Assembly: GCA_038736355.1 (NCBI GenBank)
Contig: JAVYML010000001.1
Span: forward strand, 180,908-244,907
Source: Candidatus Hadarchaeales archaeon
GTDB lineage: Archaea > Hadarchaeota > Hadarchaeia > Hadarchaeales > WYZ-LMO6
Reading direction: 5' to 3'
DNA: 64,000 nucleotides
The position numbers and the translations under genes were made by a program. The notes under the pieces are model-generated. The model was not told the DNA's origin. It ran no database searches and was given only the letters and a program-made list of their open reading frames with translations. Below are positions 55,952 through 64,000 of the stretch, one piece after another (position 1 is the stretch's first letter; each line of letters begins with the position of its first letter).

Positions 55952-57133
55952 CTAGACGGGAATAAATAACTTGTTTGACTCTATTTCCTCCTCCTTTGTG
56001 GGGGGAGGGAAGTCCTTGGGAAGGTCCTTTCCCTGCCCTATCCCTATCGTGTTGCCTATTCCGGCCACTATCACCCAATCCCCAGGCTTGGTCCTCTCCC
56101 TCACGGCCCTCTTCACCCTCTCCACCGTCTCATCCGCGGCCTTGGCAATCCTGCTGTTCATCTGGGTGATGGCCTCCCTGAAGGATTCCTTGATCACGAT
56201 CGCATCCAGCGGGATGCGGTGCTTCACGGCCACCTGTTCTATCTTGTACTTTTCGGTGGGAGGTCCCCCTATGGCTGCACCCACCCCCTCGATCACCTCC
56301 CCGCTCTTCTCCCCCTCTAGCTTCAGAGCAGCATCCACCATGATGATCCTAGCTATCTTCCTCTTCTTGACCAGCTTGCTTATGAGCTCCCCGGGCTTAC
56401 CCACCCTCCCACCGGGTCCTTTGGCCTTCACCACCAATAGCTTTCTTCCCTCGAACTCCACCTCACCCACCACCGTATCCTCCACCAGCTCCTTCACCTT
56501 GGCCCCATCGAAGAGTTTGGCCGCCACCAGGGCTCCCACCCCGTCCCCGATGGGCTTTCCCTCGGAAAACACCTTGGTGGCATCCCTGTAGGCCTTCGCG
56601 TACTCCTTGAAGATGGGCATATACATCTGGATGGCCATCGCCAACTGATAGCTCCTCGTCTTTTCGGCAAGGAGGAGGAAGTGCCTGACTATCCTGTAGA
56701 GGTAGTGGGTGGCCATCGCCCCCTCTATCACCATCTCCAGCGTGGCCGCCTCCTCGGGATCGGCCTTGGGAGCGAAACGGGCCACCGCATCCTCGAACCT
56801 TTTCTTCCTAACATCCAAGATGTGATCGAGTCTCTGGATGACCCCCACGGGATCCTCGGATACGGGCTCTATCGCGAAGAACTCCAGGAAGTTTCCCAGT
56901 TCCTCCTCCAAATCCCTCTTGGTCCTTCCATGCTTCTGGAGGGAAAGAAGGGCTATCCTCTTGGTCTCCTTTGCCCACTCCTCCAGCTCCTTCACCGATT
57001 TCCTCACCTTGGAGAGGAGGAGGCTGGATTGCATGGACATGAGCTGGGGAGTCAGATAGCTCCACAGGACCCCGAAGATGAAGAACATCAACATCCAGAG
57101 CAGCAGGCTATCCACTCCCGCATCCCAAGGCAT
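55952..57133 (-). CDS. conserved archaeal membrane-anchored protein (DUF1512-like?)
   Basis: Likely start MPWDAGVDSLLLWMLMFFIFGVLW (one N-terminal TM), which avoids overlap with nrdJ; the track extends to 57211. Family call is tentative. Confidence 0.45.
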   Translation of the reverse strand: MPWDAGVDSLLLWMLMFFIFGVLWSYLTPQLMSMQSSLLLSKVRKSVKELEEWAKETKRIALLSLQKHGRTKRDLEEELGNFLEFFAIEPVSEDPVGVIQRLDHILDVRKKRFEDAVARFAPKADPEEAATLEMVIEGAMATHYLYRIVRHFLLLAEKTRSYQLAMAIQMYMPIFKEYAKAYRDATKVFSEGKPIGDGVGALVAAKLFDGAKVKELVEDTVVGEVEFEGRKLLVVKAKGPGGRVGKPGELISKLVKKRKIARIIMVDAALKLEGEKSGEVIEGVGAAIGGPPTEKYKIEQVAVKHRIPLDAIVIKESFREAITQMNSRIAKAADETVERVKRAVRERTKPGDWVIVAGIGNTIGIGQGKDLPKDFPPPTKEEEIESNKLFIPV

Positions 57134-57167
57134 CTTCTCTTTTTCTCCTTCCACCCCTAAAACCTTG

Positions 57168-60100
57168 CTAGCCGGGGAAAGGACAGGTCCTCGTGGGGCA
57201 TCCCCCCGCATACTCCGCTTCGGCCGCCACGAACTTCGCCTCCCTTCCTATGTAAAGCACCTGCTCCGGTTTGCTCCCATAGCGGAAAATCGTTACCCCC
57301 TTGCACTTGAGTCTCCAAGCTAGCTCGTAAACCCTTTCCACCTCCTCCACGGTGGCTTCAGAAGGAAGGTTGACGGTCTTCGAAACAGCGTTGTCGGTGT
57401 ATTTCTGGAAGGCGGCCTGCATCCTCACATGCCACTCGGGGGGGATGTCCAAGGCAGTGACAAAGATCCTCCTGAGGTCCTCCGGAACCCCTTCCACCCC
57501 GCGGAGGGATCCGGTCTTGGCTATTTCTTCGAGAAGCTTCGCACTGTAAAAACCCCTTTCCTTGGCCATGAGCTCGAAGAGGGGATGGATTTCGAAGAGC
57601 TTCCTTCCCCCCAGCACCTTCCTAATGAAAGAGAGGGCGAAGATGGGTTCTATCCCGGAAGAACATCCGGCGATGATGCTTATGCTCCCCGTCGGGGCTA
57701 TGGTGGTCACGGTGGCGTTCCGCATGGCCCCATACCTATCCTTCCAGATGCTCCTTTCGAAGTTGGGGAAGGAACCGCGCTTTTCGGCCAATTCCACCGA
57801 CTTCTTGCGTGCTTCTTCCGAGATGAAGCGCATCAATTTCTCCGCCAGCCTCAGTGCCTCCTCCGAATTGTAGGGGATACCCAATTTGATCAGCATATCG
57901 GCAAAACCCATGACCCCCAATCCTATCTTCCTGTTGGCCTTGGTGATTTCCTCTATCTCCCTGAGCGGGTACCTGTTGGCATCTATGACGTTGTCCAGGA
58001 AGTGAACGGCGCTTCTCACCGTCTTTCCCAGTTTCTCCCAGTTCACTTCTTTCCCCTCCACCATCCTCGAAAGGTTGATGGAGCCCAGGTTGCAGGATTC
58101 GTAGGGCAGGAGGGGCTGTTCCCCACAGTTATGCACACAGAAGCCGTTGGCATCGAAGAGGTTCACACCCGGGACCCTAACATCGAAGACCTCTTCTCGA
58201 CCCTTGAAGACAAGGCTTTCTACGGTGGCCAGGAAGCGTCCCCCCTCCATCCCCCCCTTGTAAAGGCTGAGAAGACGTTCCAAGCGTTCCCTTTTCTTCG
58301 GGTCTCCAAAGCCTATTTTCCGGGCGAAAACGAGGAGATCTTCCCCGGAAATAACCAGCTCGCGCACCCTTCCTTTGCGGATTTTCGAATATATCCCGAA
58401 CCTGAGGAGAATGCGCTGTACTGCCCTCAAAATCTCCAAGTTGCTCTGCACCAATCTCACACTAACACCCTTCCGTTTACTTCCCCGAACCGAACCATTG
58501 ACATCGAACAGTCCCCTAACCAAGCCCCTACAGAAGGCCGAAGAGGCCTTTTCCATCGGAACGGTGATCCTCCTTTCTCCTGGCCTCAGCCCCATTTCCC
58601 TCGCAAGTTTCTCCAAGGAATCTGATCCGTTGGGCAGTTTCTTCATACGGGCGTGGGTAAGGTCCTCCACCCTTCCCTCCTTCCCGTCGCCCAAGAAGAG
58701 ACCCACCAAATAGCCTTCCTCGAAGGTGAATTTTCCCTCCCAAGAAGTCACAACCCGGTTGCGGTTCAAAAGTACCTTATCCCCCCTCTCCAGTTTTCCC
58801 GCCGGTACCCACTCCATTTCCCTCGCGCATCCCGTCCTTCCCTTGACCCTGAGAACGGGATGATCCCATGTAAGACAAACCTCGAACCCTTCCCTCGTAA
58901 TCAGCCTGTAAACCGGCCTCACTCCAGTCCTGAAGAATCCCTCCTCCGTAGTTTCCCACTTCCCCCCATTCGCCACGACCACGAACTTTTTCCCGATGAG
59001 GTCCCTTACCTGTCTAGGTCCCTCTTCTGTCATGACCCAAGTGTAGACGGGCACACATGGGTTGGTAGCCTCTATCCTACCCACTCCAGGCGTGGGGTTG
59101 TGGCGGTTGATTTCGTCTATGAAGATCACTCCGGGATCTCCGCTCGCCCAGGCGGACTCTGCCATCAACTTCCAAACGCTCCTAGCCCTCAGTTTCTCCA
59201 CCCTCTCCCCGTTCCTGGGATTGATGAGCCAGTATTCCCCGTCCTCTTCCACCTTTTCCATGAACTCGTCCGTGACGGAGACGGAGAGGTTGAAGTTCTG
59301 TAGAAAGGTGTAATCCCTCTTACAGGTGATGAACTCCAGGATATCTGGATGGTCCACCCTAAGAATCCCCATCATGGCACCCCTTCTCCTCCCTCCCGCC
59401 TTGATGACCTCAGTTGTGATGTCGAAGATCCTCATGAAGCTTACCGGTCCCGAGGCCACACCCATCGTCGATTTCACCAGGTCCCCTTTGGGTCTGAGCC
59501 TGGAGAAGTCGAACCCCACACCCCCACCGCTCTTCTCTATGATGGCCATGTTCCTCACGGCCGTGAGAATACTTTCGAGGGAGTCTTCCACAGGAAGGAC
59601 GAAACAGGCGGAGAGCTGCCCCATTTCTGTCCCTGCGTTGAAGAGGGTAGGGGAATTGGGAAGGAACTCCAAACGCGCCATCATTCCGTAAAAGATTCGC
59701 TCGCTCTCCTCAGGATCCTCACCGTAGTTTCTATCTACCCCAGCTACGGCCTTCGCCACCCTTGAAAACATCTGCTGGGGTGTCTCGACGACTCTTCCCG
59801 TCTCATCCCTCAAAAGGTATCTACTGCGGAGGACCTCCAGGGCATTGACCGTAAGCTTGGGCTCGGGAATCCCGAGGCTCTGTCTCAACCTCCTTATCTC
59901 CTCTTTCTTCTCCCTGTACGATTGATATTCCTCCGCCACCCTTTCATAACCCCTCCTCCTCAGAACCTCCACAACCGCATCTTGGGCATCCTCCACGGAG
60001 GGTATCCTTTCCCTGAACCTCTCCTCCAGCATCCTTACCACCTCCCTGGTAACCTCCTCTGCTTTTTCCCCATCCTCCTGCTCCACGGCTATGAAGGCCC

Positions 60101-60191
60101 TATGAACGGCGTCCCTGATTTTGCTGGGATCGAAATCTACCAGCCTTCCGTCCCTCTTTTTTATCTTCTGAATTGGCATATCCAAAATCAT
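57168..60191 (-). CDS. nrdJ: ribonucleotide reductase, class II (adenosylcobalamin-dependent, NrdJ-like) with N-terminal ATP-cone and one intein
   Basis: 1007 aa; ATP-cone [16 protein letters not shown]; catalytic ATNP^[intein]^[19 protein letters not shown]; C-terminal Cys pair. Confidence 0.9.
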   Translation of the reverse strand: MILDMPIQKIKKRDGRLVDFDPSKIRDAVHRAFIAVEQEDGEKAEEVTREVVRMLEERFRERIPSVEDAQDAVVEVLRRRGYERVAEEYQSYREKKEEIRRLRQSLGIPEPKLTVNALEVLRSRYLLRDETGRVVETPQQMFSRVAKAVAGVDRNYGEDPEESERIFYGMMARLEFLPNSPTLFNAGTEMGQLSACFVLPVEDSLESILTAVRNMAIIEKSGGGVGFDFSRLRPKGDLVKSTMGVASGPVSFMRIFDITTEVIKAGGRRRGAMMGILRVDHPDILEFITCKRDYTFLQNFNLSVSVTDEFMEKVEEDGEYWLINPRNGERVEKLRARSVWKLMAESAWASGDPGVIFIDEINRHNPTPGVGRIEATNPCVPVYTWVMTEEGPRQVRDLIGKKFVVVANGGKWETTEEGFFRTGVRPVYRLITREGFEVCLTWDHPVLRVKGRTGCAREMEWVPAGKLERGDKVLLNRNRVVTSWEGKFTFEEGYLVGLFLGDGKEGRVEDLTHARMKKLPNGSDSLEKLAREMGLRPGERRITVPMEKASSAFCRGLVRGLFDVNGSVRGSKRKGVSVRLVQSNLEILRAVQRILLRFGIYSKIRKGRVRELVISGEDLLVFARKIGFGDPKKRERLERLLSLYKGGMEGGRFLATVESLVFKGREEVFDVRVPGVNLFDANGFCVHNCGEQPLLPYESCNLGSINLSRMVEGKEVNWEKLGKTVRSAVHFLDNVIDANRYPLREIEEITKANRKIGLGVMGFADMLIKLGIPYNSEEALRLAEKLMRFISEEARKKSVELAEKRGSFPNFERSIWKDRYGAMRNATVTTIAPTGSISIIAGCSSGIEPIFALSFIRKVLGGRKLFEIHPLFELMAKERGFYSAKLLEEIAKTGSLRGVEGVPEDLRRIFVTALDIPPEWHVRMQAAFQKYTDNAVSKTVNLPSEATVEEVERVYELAWRLKCKGVTIFRYGSKPEQVLYIGREAKFVAAEAEYAGGCPTRTCPFPG
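58128..59057 (-). mobile_element. intein (310 aa) with LAGLIDADG homing-endonuclease domain inserted in the RNR active-site motif
   Basis: Begins Cys (NP|CVPVYT...), ends ...FCVHN|CGEQ; the C at +1 is the RNR cysteine of the NPCGEQ motif. LAGLIDADG blocks [13 protein letters not shown] and [12 protein letters not shown]. Boundary codons were verified on the sequence. Confidence 0.85.
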
Positions 60192-60246
60192 TCGTTCAGG
60201 TAACCCTAAAAACTGATGTACAGCTTTTTTTTTGTCCCCCTTCCAG

Positions 60247-60769
60247 GTTGAAAGGGTTGGGAAAGGTTTACCTCTTCACGGGAACGGGGCCGGGGAAAAC
60301 CACGAGTGCCCTGGGGCTGGCCCTGAGGGCGGTAGGCCAGGGGAAGAAGGTCGTGATCGTCCAGTTCCTCAAATGGTGGAAGAACACAGGGGAGTATAAG
60401 ATAAGGGAGAGGCTTTCCCCCCACTATGAGATCTACCAATTCGGAAGGAAAGGTTGGATGAAGAAGGAAGAGCTTGGTGAAGAGGACAGAGAACTTGTGA
60501 GGAAGGGACTGGAGTTCGCAGAAAGAATCGCCAAGGAAAAAAAGCCCGATCTCCTCATCCTCGATGAGCTGAACTTAGTGGCTGGATGGAAACTGGTGGG
60601 GATGGAAGAAATACTCAAGCTCCTGGATAACCTGCCCAAGAAAACGGATGTGGTCCTCACGGGAAGGTACGCACCCAAAGGGCTGAGGGAGAAGGCGGAT
60701 GTGGTGGTGGAAATAAGGGAAATCAAAATCCCCGAGCCCTTCCAAGCAAAGAAGGGTATCCAGTACTGA
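60247..60769 (+). CDS. cobA: cob(I)yrinic acid a,c-diamide / cob(I)alamin adenosyltransferase (CobA/CobO family)
   Basis: P-loop FTGTGPGKTTSALGLALRAVGQG, VVIVQFLK. The track start at 60173 is a TTG that would overlap nrdJ; the probable start is the TTG at 60247 (LKGLGKVY). Confidence 0.7.
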
Positions 60770-60777
60770 AAGGCTGG

Positions 60778-60987
60778 TTACTTCAACAGGCCCAATTCCT
60801 TCAACTGCTTTACCAATAAGTAGAGAACGCAGGTATTGGTCTTGACCTCCGAGTTCCTAGCCAATTCCTCCAGAAGTTCCTTTATGGTGGGAGGAAGGTA
60901 CACCACCAGTTTTTGGTTCTTGGGCTCTAGAAAAACCTCTTCGATCGAAACGGGCTGACGTTTAGAGGGTTTCTTGAACCTCATCAC
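60778..60987 (-). CDS. small ribbon-helix-helix (CopG-like) DNA-binding protein
   Basis: 69 aa; beta-strand KLVVYLPPTIKELLEELA followed by two helices. Confidence 0.45.
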   Translation of the reverse strand: MMRFKKPSKRQPVSIEEVFLEPKNQKLVVYLPPTIKELLEELARNSEVKTNTCVLYLLVKQLKELGLLK

Positions 60988-61097
60988 TTAGACTGGAGTT
61001 CCCCTCATAAAACATTCTTCCAACCAACAACGGATACGTTTTCGACTATATCTTCGTTCCAGGATGGTATTTTACCAACTAAAAGGGGAAGAAAGAT

Positions 61098-62960
61098 GTG
61101 GCCGAGGATTACCGAAGATGGGAAAGAAGGGTGAAGGGCAAATTTGGACCCATCAAGACCGGCGCCGTTTTAATCCTCTTTATCCTCCTCACAATCTCCT
61201 CGGGTTGGCTCTGGCTTCGCAGTCCTGGAAGGGAGGTACCCGCTCAGGGATTGATTAAGTTTTCCTCCGAAGCTGAATTTTTCCAGTACCTCTCCAAGTC
61301 ACAGGAATGGCTCAGCGGCTACTGGAGGATGGGGGGGTATCTCTTGGGGAAAACTCCTCTCTCACCCATCAGGGTCCTCGAAGGTAGTGGGGAGAGGGAG
61401 GAGGCCTCCAGAATCTCCGAAACCACGATACAAGTGAAGGGCATAGACGAGCCCGACATCGTGAAGACCAACGGTAGACACCTCTACTTCTCTGGCTACT
61501 GGAGCACGAAAATCATAAGGGCCTTTCCTCCCTCTGAACTTTCGGTGGTCTCCAGACTGGAGAGGAATGGAGAACTGCTCCTTCTGGAGAACCTGTTGAT
61601 CCTCCTCTCCCACGAGGGAATCACCGGCTACGACGTGTCCGATCCCTCCTCCCCAAGAGAACTCTGGAACGTGGAATTGAAAGCTGACCTAGTCTCAGCA
61701 CGTCTTTACCGGGGTAGGATTTATCTAGTCACCAGTACTCCGCTGGGAAGTCCAGTGTCCCTTCCCCTGCAGCCCCTTAAAGCCAAAGATACCGAGGTGC
61801 TGGTGAAAGCCACCGACATCTACCATCCACCCATTCCCATACCCGTGGACTCAGTCTACACGGCCTTTATCTTGAATCCGAGGGAGGGTAGAGTGGAGAA
61901 GAGCGTGAGCTTTGTGGGATACTCAGGCGCCTCGGTGGTCTACATGTCAAGGACTTCCCTCTACCTCGCCTACACTTCCTCTGCCTCGCTCGTCGAGACG
62001 TACTATCACTTCCTCTCCGGATGCCCAGACCTTGTTCCCGCGAACCTCATGAGGAAGGTGGAAAGGCTCATGGGTTACGATCTCAGCGATGCTGCCAAGA
62101 TGGTGGAGCTCGAGGTCCTGCTCTCCTCAGTAGACCTTCCCTGGGAAGAGCTGTGGAAAAGATGGGAAGGATATGTGGCTGAGAGGAAGAGGGAGCTCGA
62201 GACCACCCACATAGTGAAGATAGCGCTGGAAAACTTTGAAATCGTGGCCCAGGCCGAAGTTCCTGGAAGGCTGCTCAACCAGTTCTCTCTGGACGAGGAG
62301 GGCGGGTACCTGCGCCTCGCCACCACCGTGGAACCCTGGATGTTCCGATGGAAGGGGGAAAGCACCAACGACGTGTATGTCTTAGACCATGAACTGAAGG
62401 TGGTTGGCTCCCTTACGGATCTAGGTTCGGGGGAAGAAATCTATGCCGTGAGGTTCATAGGGGATAAGGGATACGTAGTAACCTTTAGGGAAACTGATCC
62501 CCTGCATGTGATCGACCTCTCCCATCCCTCCAAACCGGAAGTGGTGGGTGAGCTGAAGGTGCCTGGCTATTCTTCTTATCTACACCCCATAAACGATAAC
62601 CTCCTACTGGGAATAGGAAGGGAAAACTGGAAGGTGAAGGTCTCCCTCTTCGACCTCTCCTCCCCCTCCCAACCCATAGAGCTAGACAAGCTCCTCTTGG
62701 AGGAGTACTGGTCAGAGATCCTTGAAACGCACCACGCCTTCCTCCTAGACCCCGACCATGAGGTCTTCTTTCTACCGGCCTTTGGAAAGGGGTATGTGAT
62801 TTCCTATGGAGAAAAAGATTTGGAAGTGGTGAGGGTGGTGGAAAACCGTGCCGTGAGGAGAGCCGTCTATCTAGAGGACTACCTTTACGTGATTTCCGAA
62901 GAGAACCTAACCGTACTCAACGAGAGGACCTGGGAAATCGTGAACGAAATCGAGCTCTGA
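61098..62960 (+). CDS. membrane-anchored secreted beta-propeller protein (Beta_propel / PF09826-like)
   Basis: 620 aa, GTG start, N-terminal TM (AVLILFILLTISSGWLWL); C-terminal signature ETDPLHVIDLSHPSKPEVVGELKVPGYSSYLHPINDNLLLGIG. Confidence 0.65.
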   Translation: MAEDYRRWERRVKGKFGPIKTGAVLILFILLTISSGWLWLRSPGREVPAQGLIKFSSEAEFFQYLSKSQEWLSGYWRMGGYLLGKTPLSPIRVLEGSGEREEASRISETTIQVKGIDEPDIVKTNGRHLYFSGYWSTKIIRAFPPSELSVVSRLERNGELLLLENLLILLSHEGITGYDVSDPSSPRELWNVELKADLVSARLYRGRIYLVTSTPLGSPVSLPLQPLKAKDTEVLVKATDIYHPPIPIPVDSVYTAFILNPREGRVEKSVSFVGYSGASVVYMSRTSLYLAYTSSASLVETYYHFLSGCPDLVPANLMRKVERLMGYDLSDAAKMVELEVLLSSVDLPWEELWKRWEGYVAERKRELETTHIVKIALENFEIVAQAEVPGRLLNQFSLDEEGGYLRLATTVEPWMFRWKGESTNDVYVLDHELKVVGSLTDLGSGEEIYAVRFIGDKGYVVTFRETDPLHVIDLSHPSKPEVVGELKVPGYSSYLHPINDNLLLGIGRENWKVKVSLFDLSSPSQPIELDKLLLEEYWSEILETHHAFLLDPDHEVFFLPAFGKGYVISYGEKDLEVVRVVENRAVRRAVYLEDYLYVISEENLTVLNERTWEIVNEIEL

Positions 62961-62966
62961 TTCGAA

Positions 62967-63821
62967 CTACTCGAAGACGATGGTCTTGTTCTCGTAAACC
63001 AGCAGTCTCCTCTCACAGTAAAGCCTCACCGCCTCGCTCAGGAGAATCTTCTCCAAGTTCTCGCTCTTCCTCACCAAGTCGGAAAGGGAATCCTTGTGGG
63101 AAATCCTGACCACATCCTGCTGAATGATGGGGCCCTCGTCCACTTCTTCGTTCACGAAATGAACCGTGGCACCTATGAGCTTCACCCCCCGTTTATAGGC
63201 CTGGGTGAAGGGATCCTTTCCAGGAAAGGCGGGAAGGAAGGAGGGATGCACGCTTATGATCTTGTTCCTGAATTCCTGTACGAAAAGAGGGGAAAGGATT
63301 TTTCCATAGCGAGCCAGCACTACCAGCTCCACTCCCTTTTCTTTGAGGAGGGCTATCTGCTTCCTTTCCCCTTCCTCCCTCTTGTTCAAATCGACAGGAA
63401 TGTACTGGAAGGGAACACCGAACATCCTAGCCACTTCCTCTCCATCTGGTTTGTCCCCTATGACGATGGGGATATCGCACTTCAACCTTCCCTCCTTCCA
63501 CCTCGCCAGCAGGTCGTAGAGACAATGCAGGTATCGGGAGACCATGATCCCCACCCTCGGCCTCTCCGAGCTGAAATGGACCTCCCATTCTGCTTTCAGC
63601 TCCGAAGCCAGTGGATGGAGGGCTTCCCTTATCTTCTCCTTGGGAAGGGCGAAATCCTCGAGCGTCCACTCCACCCTGGCGAAATACCTCCCGAATCCCT
63701 CATCCACATGCTGATCGAAATGAACGATGTTTCCACCGTTCTTCCAGATGAAGGTGGAAATCTTGGCGTCTATCCCCTTGGCATCCGGACAGGAGAGGAG
63801 GAGGATGGCAGTTTCCATCAC
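62967..63821 (-). CDS. purU: formyltetrahydrofolate deformylase
   Basis: 284 aa; N-terminal ACT domain, formyl-transferase core (ISVHPSFLPAFPG, HFVNEEVDEGPII). Confidence 0.9.
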   Translation of the reverse strand: MMETAILLLSCPDAKGIDAKISTFIWKNGGNIVHFDQHVDEGFGRYFARVEWTLEDFALPKEKIREALHPLASELKAEWEVHFSSERPRVGIMVSRYLHCLYDLLARWKEGRLKCDIPIVIGDKPDGEEVARMFGVPFQYIPVDLNKREEGERKQIALLKEKGVELVVLARYGKILSPLFVQEFRNKIISVHPSFLPAFPGKDPFTQAYKRGVKLIGATVHFVNEEVDEGPIIQQDVVRISHKDSLSDLVRKSENLEKILLSEAVRLYCERRLLVYENKTIVFE

Positions 63822-63930
63822 CCTAACTGAGGACCCACGATTAAACCCCTTTCGGTTTCAGAACTCAGTTCATCCCGTCAATCTACCATGTGATAACTCC
63901 GTGATTGAAAGGCTCTATGACTTTGTCCTC

Positions 63931-64000
63931 TTAGGAGGGCTTTAGATTCAAAAGCTTTCCAACCCTTTCGAACTCCTCCAACACCCTTTTATCCCCCCTC
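63931..64000 (-). CDS. 3' end of an unidentified CDS (runs off window end)
   Basis: Minus-strand frame reads ...GDKRVLEEFERVGKLLNLKPS* with the stop at 63931-63933. Confidence 0.3.
   Translation of the reverse strand, partial: RGDKRVLEEFERVGKLLNLKPS

Noticed and set aside
57429-58625. 398-aa plus-strand ORF
   Set aside because: Antisense to nrdJ/intein.

Overview
Dense, high-GC (~60%) archaeal chromosomal segment coding on both strands. A core backbone can be read directly from the translations:
- Informational and chaperone genes: Hef-like helicase (partial), Hjc resolvase, FEN-1, RpoK, thermosome, aEF-2, ribosomal proteins L10e and L41e, TrpRS, tRNA-splicing endonuclease EndA, Pth2, and a B12-dependent ribonucleotide reductase that carries a 310-aa LAGLIDADG intein.
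- A cytoplasmic [NiFe]-hydrogenase small/large subunit pair with hypC, hypD and a maturation protease.
- An O2/copper defence block: rubredoxin-fused flavin reductase, flavodiiron protein, ferritin-like ORF, and a His-rich P-type Cu-ATPase with a TRASH domain.
- Lipid and cofactor genes: CarS, NadC, NadX, ThiL, CobA, PurU, PpsA, agmatinase.

RNA genes missed by the ORF track:
- A stand-alone 5S rRNA followed by an intron-containing tRNA-Asp(GUC), with the ~28-nt insertion in the D-loop (non-canonical position).
- A tRNA-Tyr(GUA) with a canonical 13-nt anticodon-loop intron.

Small genes recovered by hand:
- Ribosomal protein L41e (37 aa).
- A 56-aa double zinc-ribbon ORF sitting directly in front of a mini-Toprim protein.

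The most unusual locus (about 43.9-48.2 kb):
- A low-GC island carrying a 1010-aa secreted protein with a C-terminal membrane anchor.
- That protein contains ~20 N-glycosylation-sequon-rich parallel beta-helix repeats, which are near-identical 66-nt tandem DNA repeats.
- It also carries an FN3 domain, two Big-like Ig domains and a TM+RRKR tail.
- The gene is bracketed by 0.7-kb and 0.5-kb non-coding AT-richer regions.

Other notable loci:
- A lipid-handling cluster at 22.5-32.3 kb: acyl-CoA synthetase, three SCP2-domain proteins (two recently duplicated with gene-conversion tracts), MFS transporters, tungsten AOR, and an OYE/dienoyl-CoA-reductase-like flavoenzyme.
- A type-IV-pilin-like protein with a ConA/LamG-like domain.
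- An AmmeMemoRadiSam-type radical SAM enzyme without its usual partners.
- A probable SepCysS.

Many long antisense ORFs in the track are GC artefacts and were rejected.
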